DNA of 64,000 bases, taken from assembly GCA_000934665.2 (NCBI GenBank), contig KZ538527.1, positions 1 to 64,000 of the forward strand, written 5' to 3'. Within the stretch, counting starts at the first letter, position 1. The number at the start of each line of letters is the position of its first letter. The position numbers and the translations under genes were made by a program. Under the pieces are notes generated by a model. It was not told the DNA's origin, ran no database searches, and was given only the letters and a program-made list of their open reading frames with translations. Of the stretch, positions 62,668 through 64,000 are shown one piece after another. The DNA comes from Catajapyx aquilonaris. Taxonomy: Eukaryota.

Positions 62668-64000
62668 GTCAGCGGTTTTAAAAAAGAGTCACGCATGTTG
62701 TGTACTTGAAGGCCCAAGATGAGCACATTCCTTTGTACTTTTCATTACTCGGAGTAGAAGCCATGAGGGAAATTGCTGCGGATTGTGATCGCAAATGTTG
62801 TACTTGATAAACGTAATGTGATGCTTTCTTCCTGATCACGTGGGCTTGCGTCAGGTTGAGGAGGAACGTTAAGGAGCGTCGAGCATGATTGCACCAACCA
62901 AAATTACCGATCCGATGGCTCCTAATGGATCGTTAGGAACCCTTTTAATGTGTGCTAACGATCTGTTAGGAGCTGTCGAATCGGTAATTCCCTTGGTGCC
63001 ATCGGGCATCAGTCACTGTCCGTACTTGTACATCAGGTACTGCTACGGTAAATTCGCTTCATGTTTCTCACAGATCGAATTGTTGCAAACTGAGCGTTAT
63101 CATTAGGTAATATATTGTTGCAGTTTGTTACCACTCGGGTGTACGTCTGCTGACTTAAAAGAGTAAACAAGCCTAGGTCCGAAAGTTGCAGTTAAAGTGT
63201 CCACCTGTAGGTAGCCTCCCGCATGAGTTTTATTGAACACTTGAAGGGCAAAAGTCCGTTTTCAGCGGATTTTACATTCCGCATCATCATCGCTTTTTAT
63301 TGGTGCATGCCAAGCATGTTTTCTTCCCAACGGTGACATCATTCGTGAGCATACAGTCGGCTGATTTAATCGCGGGGTTAGAAACAGTCAGAGGCATGTC
63401 ATAATTGGTCAAATTCAATTTGTGATGTGTAATACAAGTCATGTACGTTCTCTGTTTAAGCAGTGAGTTTATGAAATGTCTCGCTGCATAGAACGGTGCG
63501 TACATAACACGTAGTGTTCCAGAGGTCAGGGTTCAACCGTGACAATGAGATTTTCCGGCAGCAGTACGGTGACACTGCCGTTTTAAATATTCCAGACGTG
63601 AAAGGAGACCTGTTCAAAAAGCAGCGTAACTCAACACCCCATCGGATGGCTGCAAAACACATTAATTGCCATATCTGCATTGATATCCGAGGAGTGTTGT
63701 TGTGCGGTGTGGCTCATGTTACACTGCTCTTCGGCTTGCGGAGGAGTAATTGACTTGACATGCCTGTAATGTGCCATGTTATACTTTGCATTGCGGCTTG
63801 GCCCTACGCGGCAAAGAATGGGTAAGGTGCACAGTGAGGTGACGGCAACAATTAATCTTGAACCAACTCGTGGTGTGGAAGTCTGCACATTGAGTCGTGT
63901 CGGTGCTATTGAGATGTAGCTAGCACGCCCTGAGTCTTATCTCGCGGCTAATCACCTGCAGGCAGTGAAATTGTCGATAAGTTTTCAGTATCGTAACAGC

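Overview
Eukaryotic animal genomic DNA, most likely an arthropod or other protostome (inference). It has GC-rich exons, many 50-65 nt GT-AG introns and a few introns expanded by locally amplified AT-rich arrays. Genes were assembled by hand from splice-phase-consistent exons: a complete THSD4/ADAMTSL6 (lonely heart)-like gene (+, 4223-23899) with a candidate internal signal-peptide first exon; FKBP8 (-); MRPL54 (+); a six-finger C2H2 gene (-); a CENP-H-like gene (-); a small secreted WAP-like Cys-rich protein (+); an EF-hand/WD40 WDR49/WDY-like gene (+); a decaying C2H2 gene that shares a duplicated promoter and first four codons with the adjacent MRPS16 (+); COX5A (-); neugrin (-, probable GC-AG intron); an F-box/LRR gene (+); and the 5' end of a further gene (possibly UBAP2/lingerer-like). 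Mobile DNA includes two tRNA-derived SINE families and several MITE families (P-like with 7-bp TSD, Tc1/mariner-like, pogo-like, piggyBac-like), some nested. No prokaryotic features and no CRISPR array. Gene names come from remembered family motifs, not from database searches.
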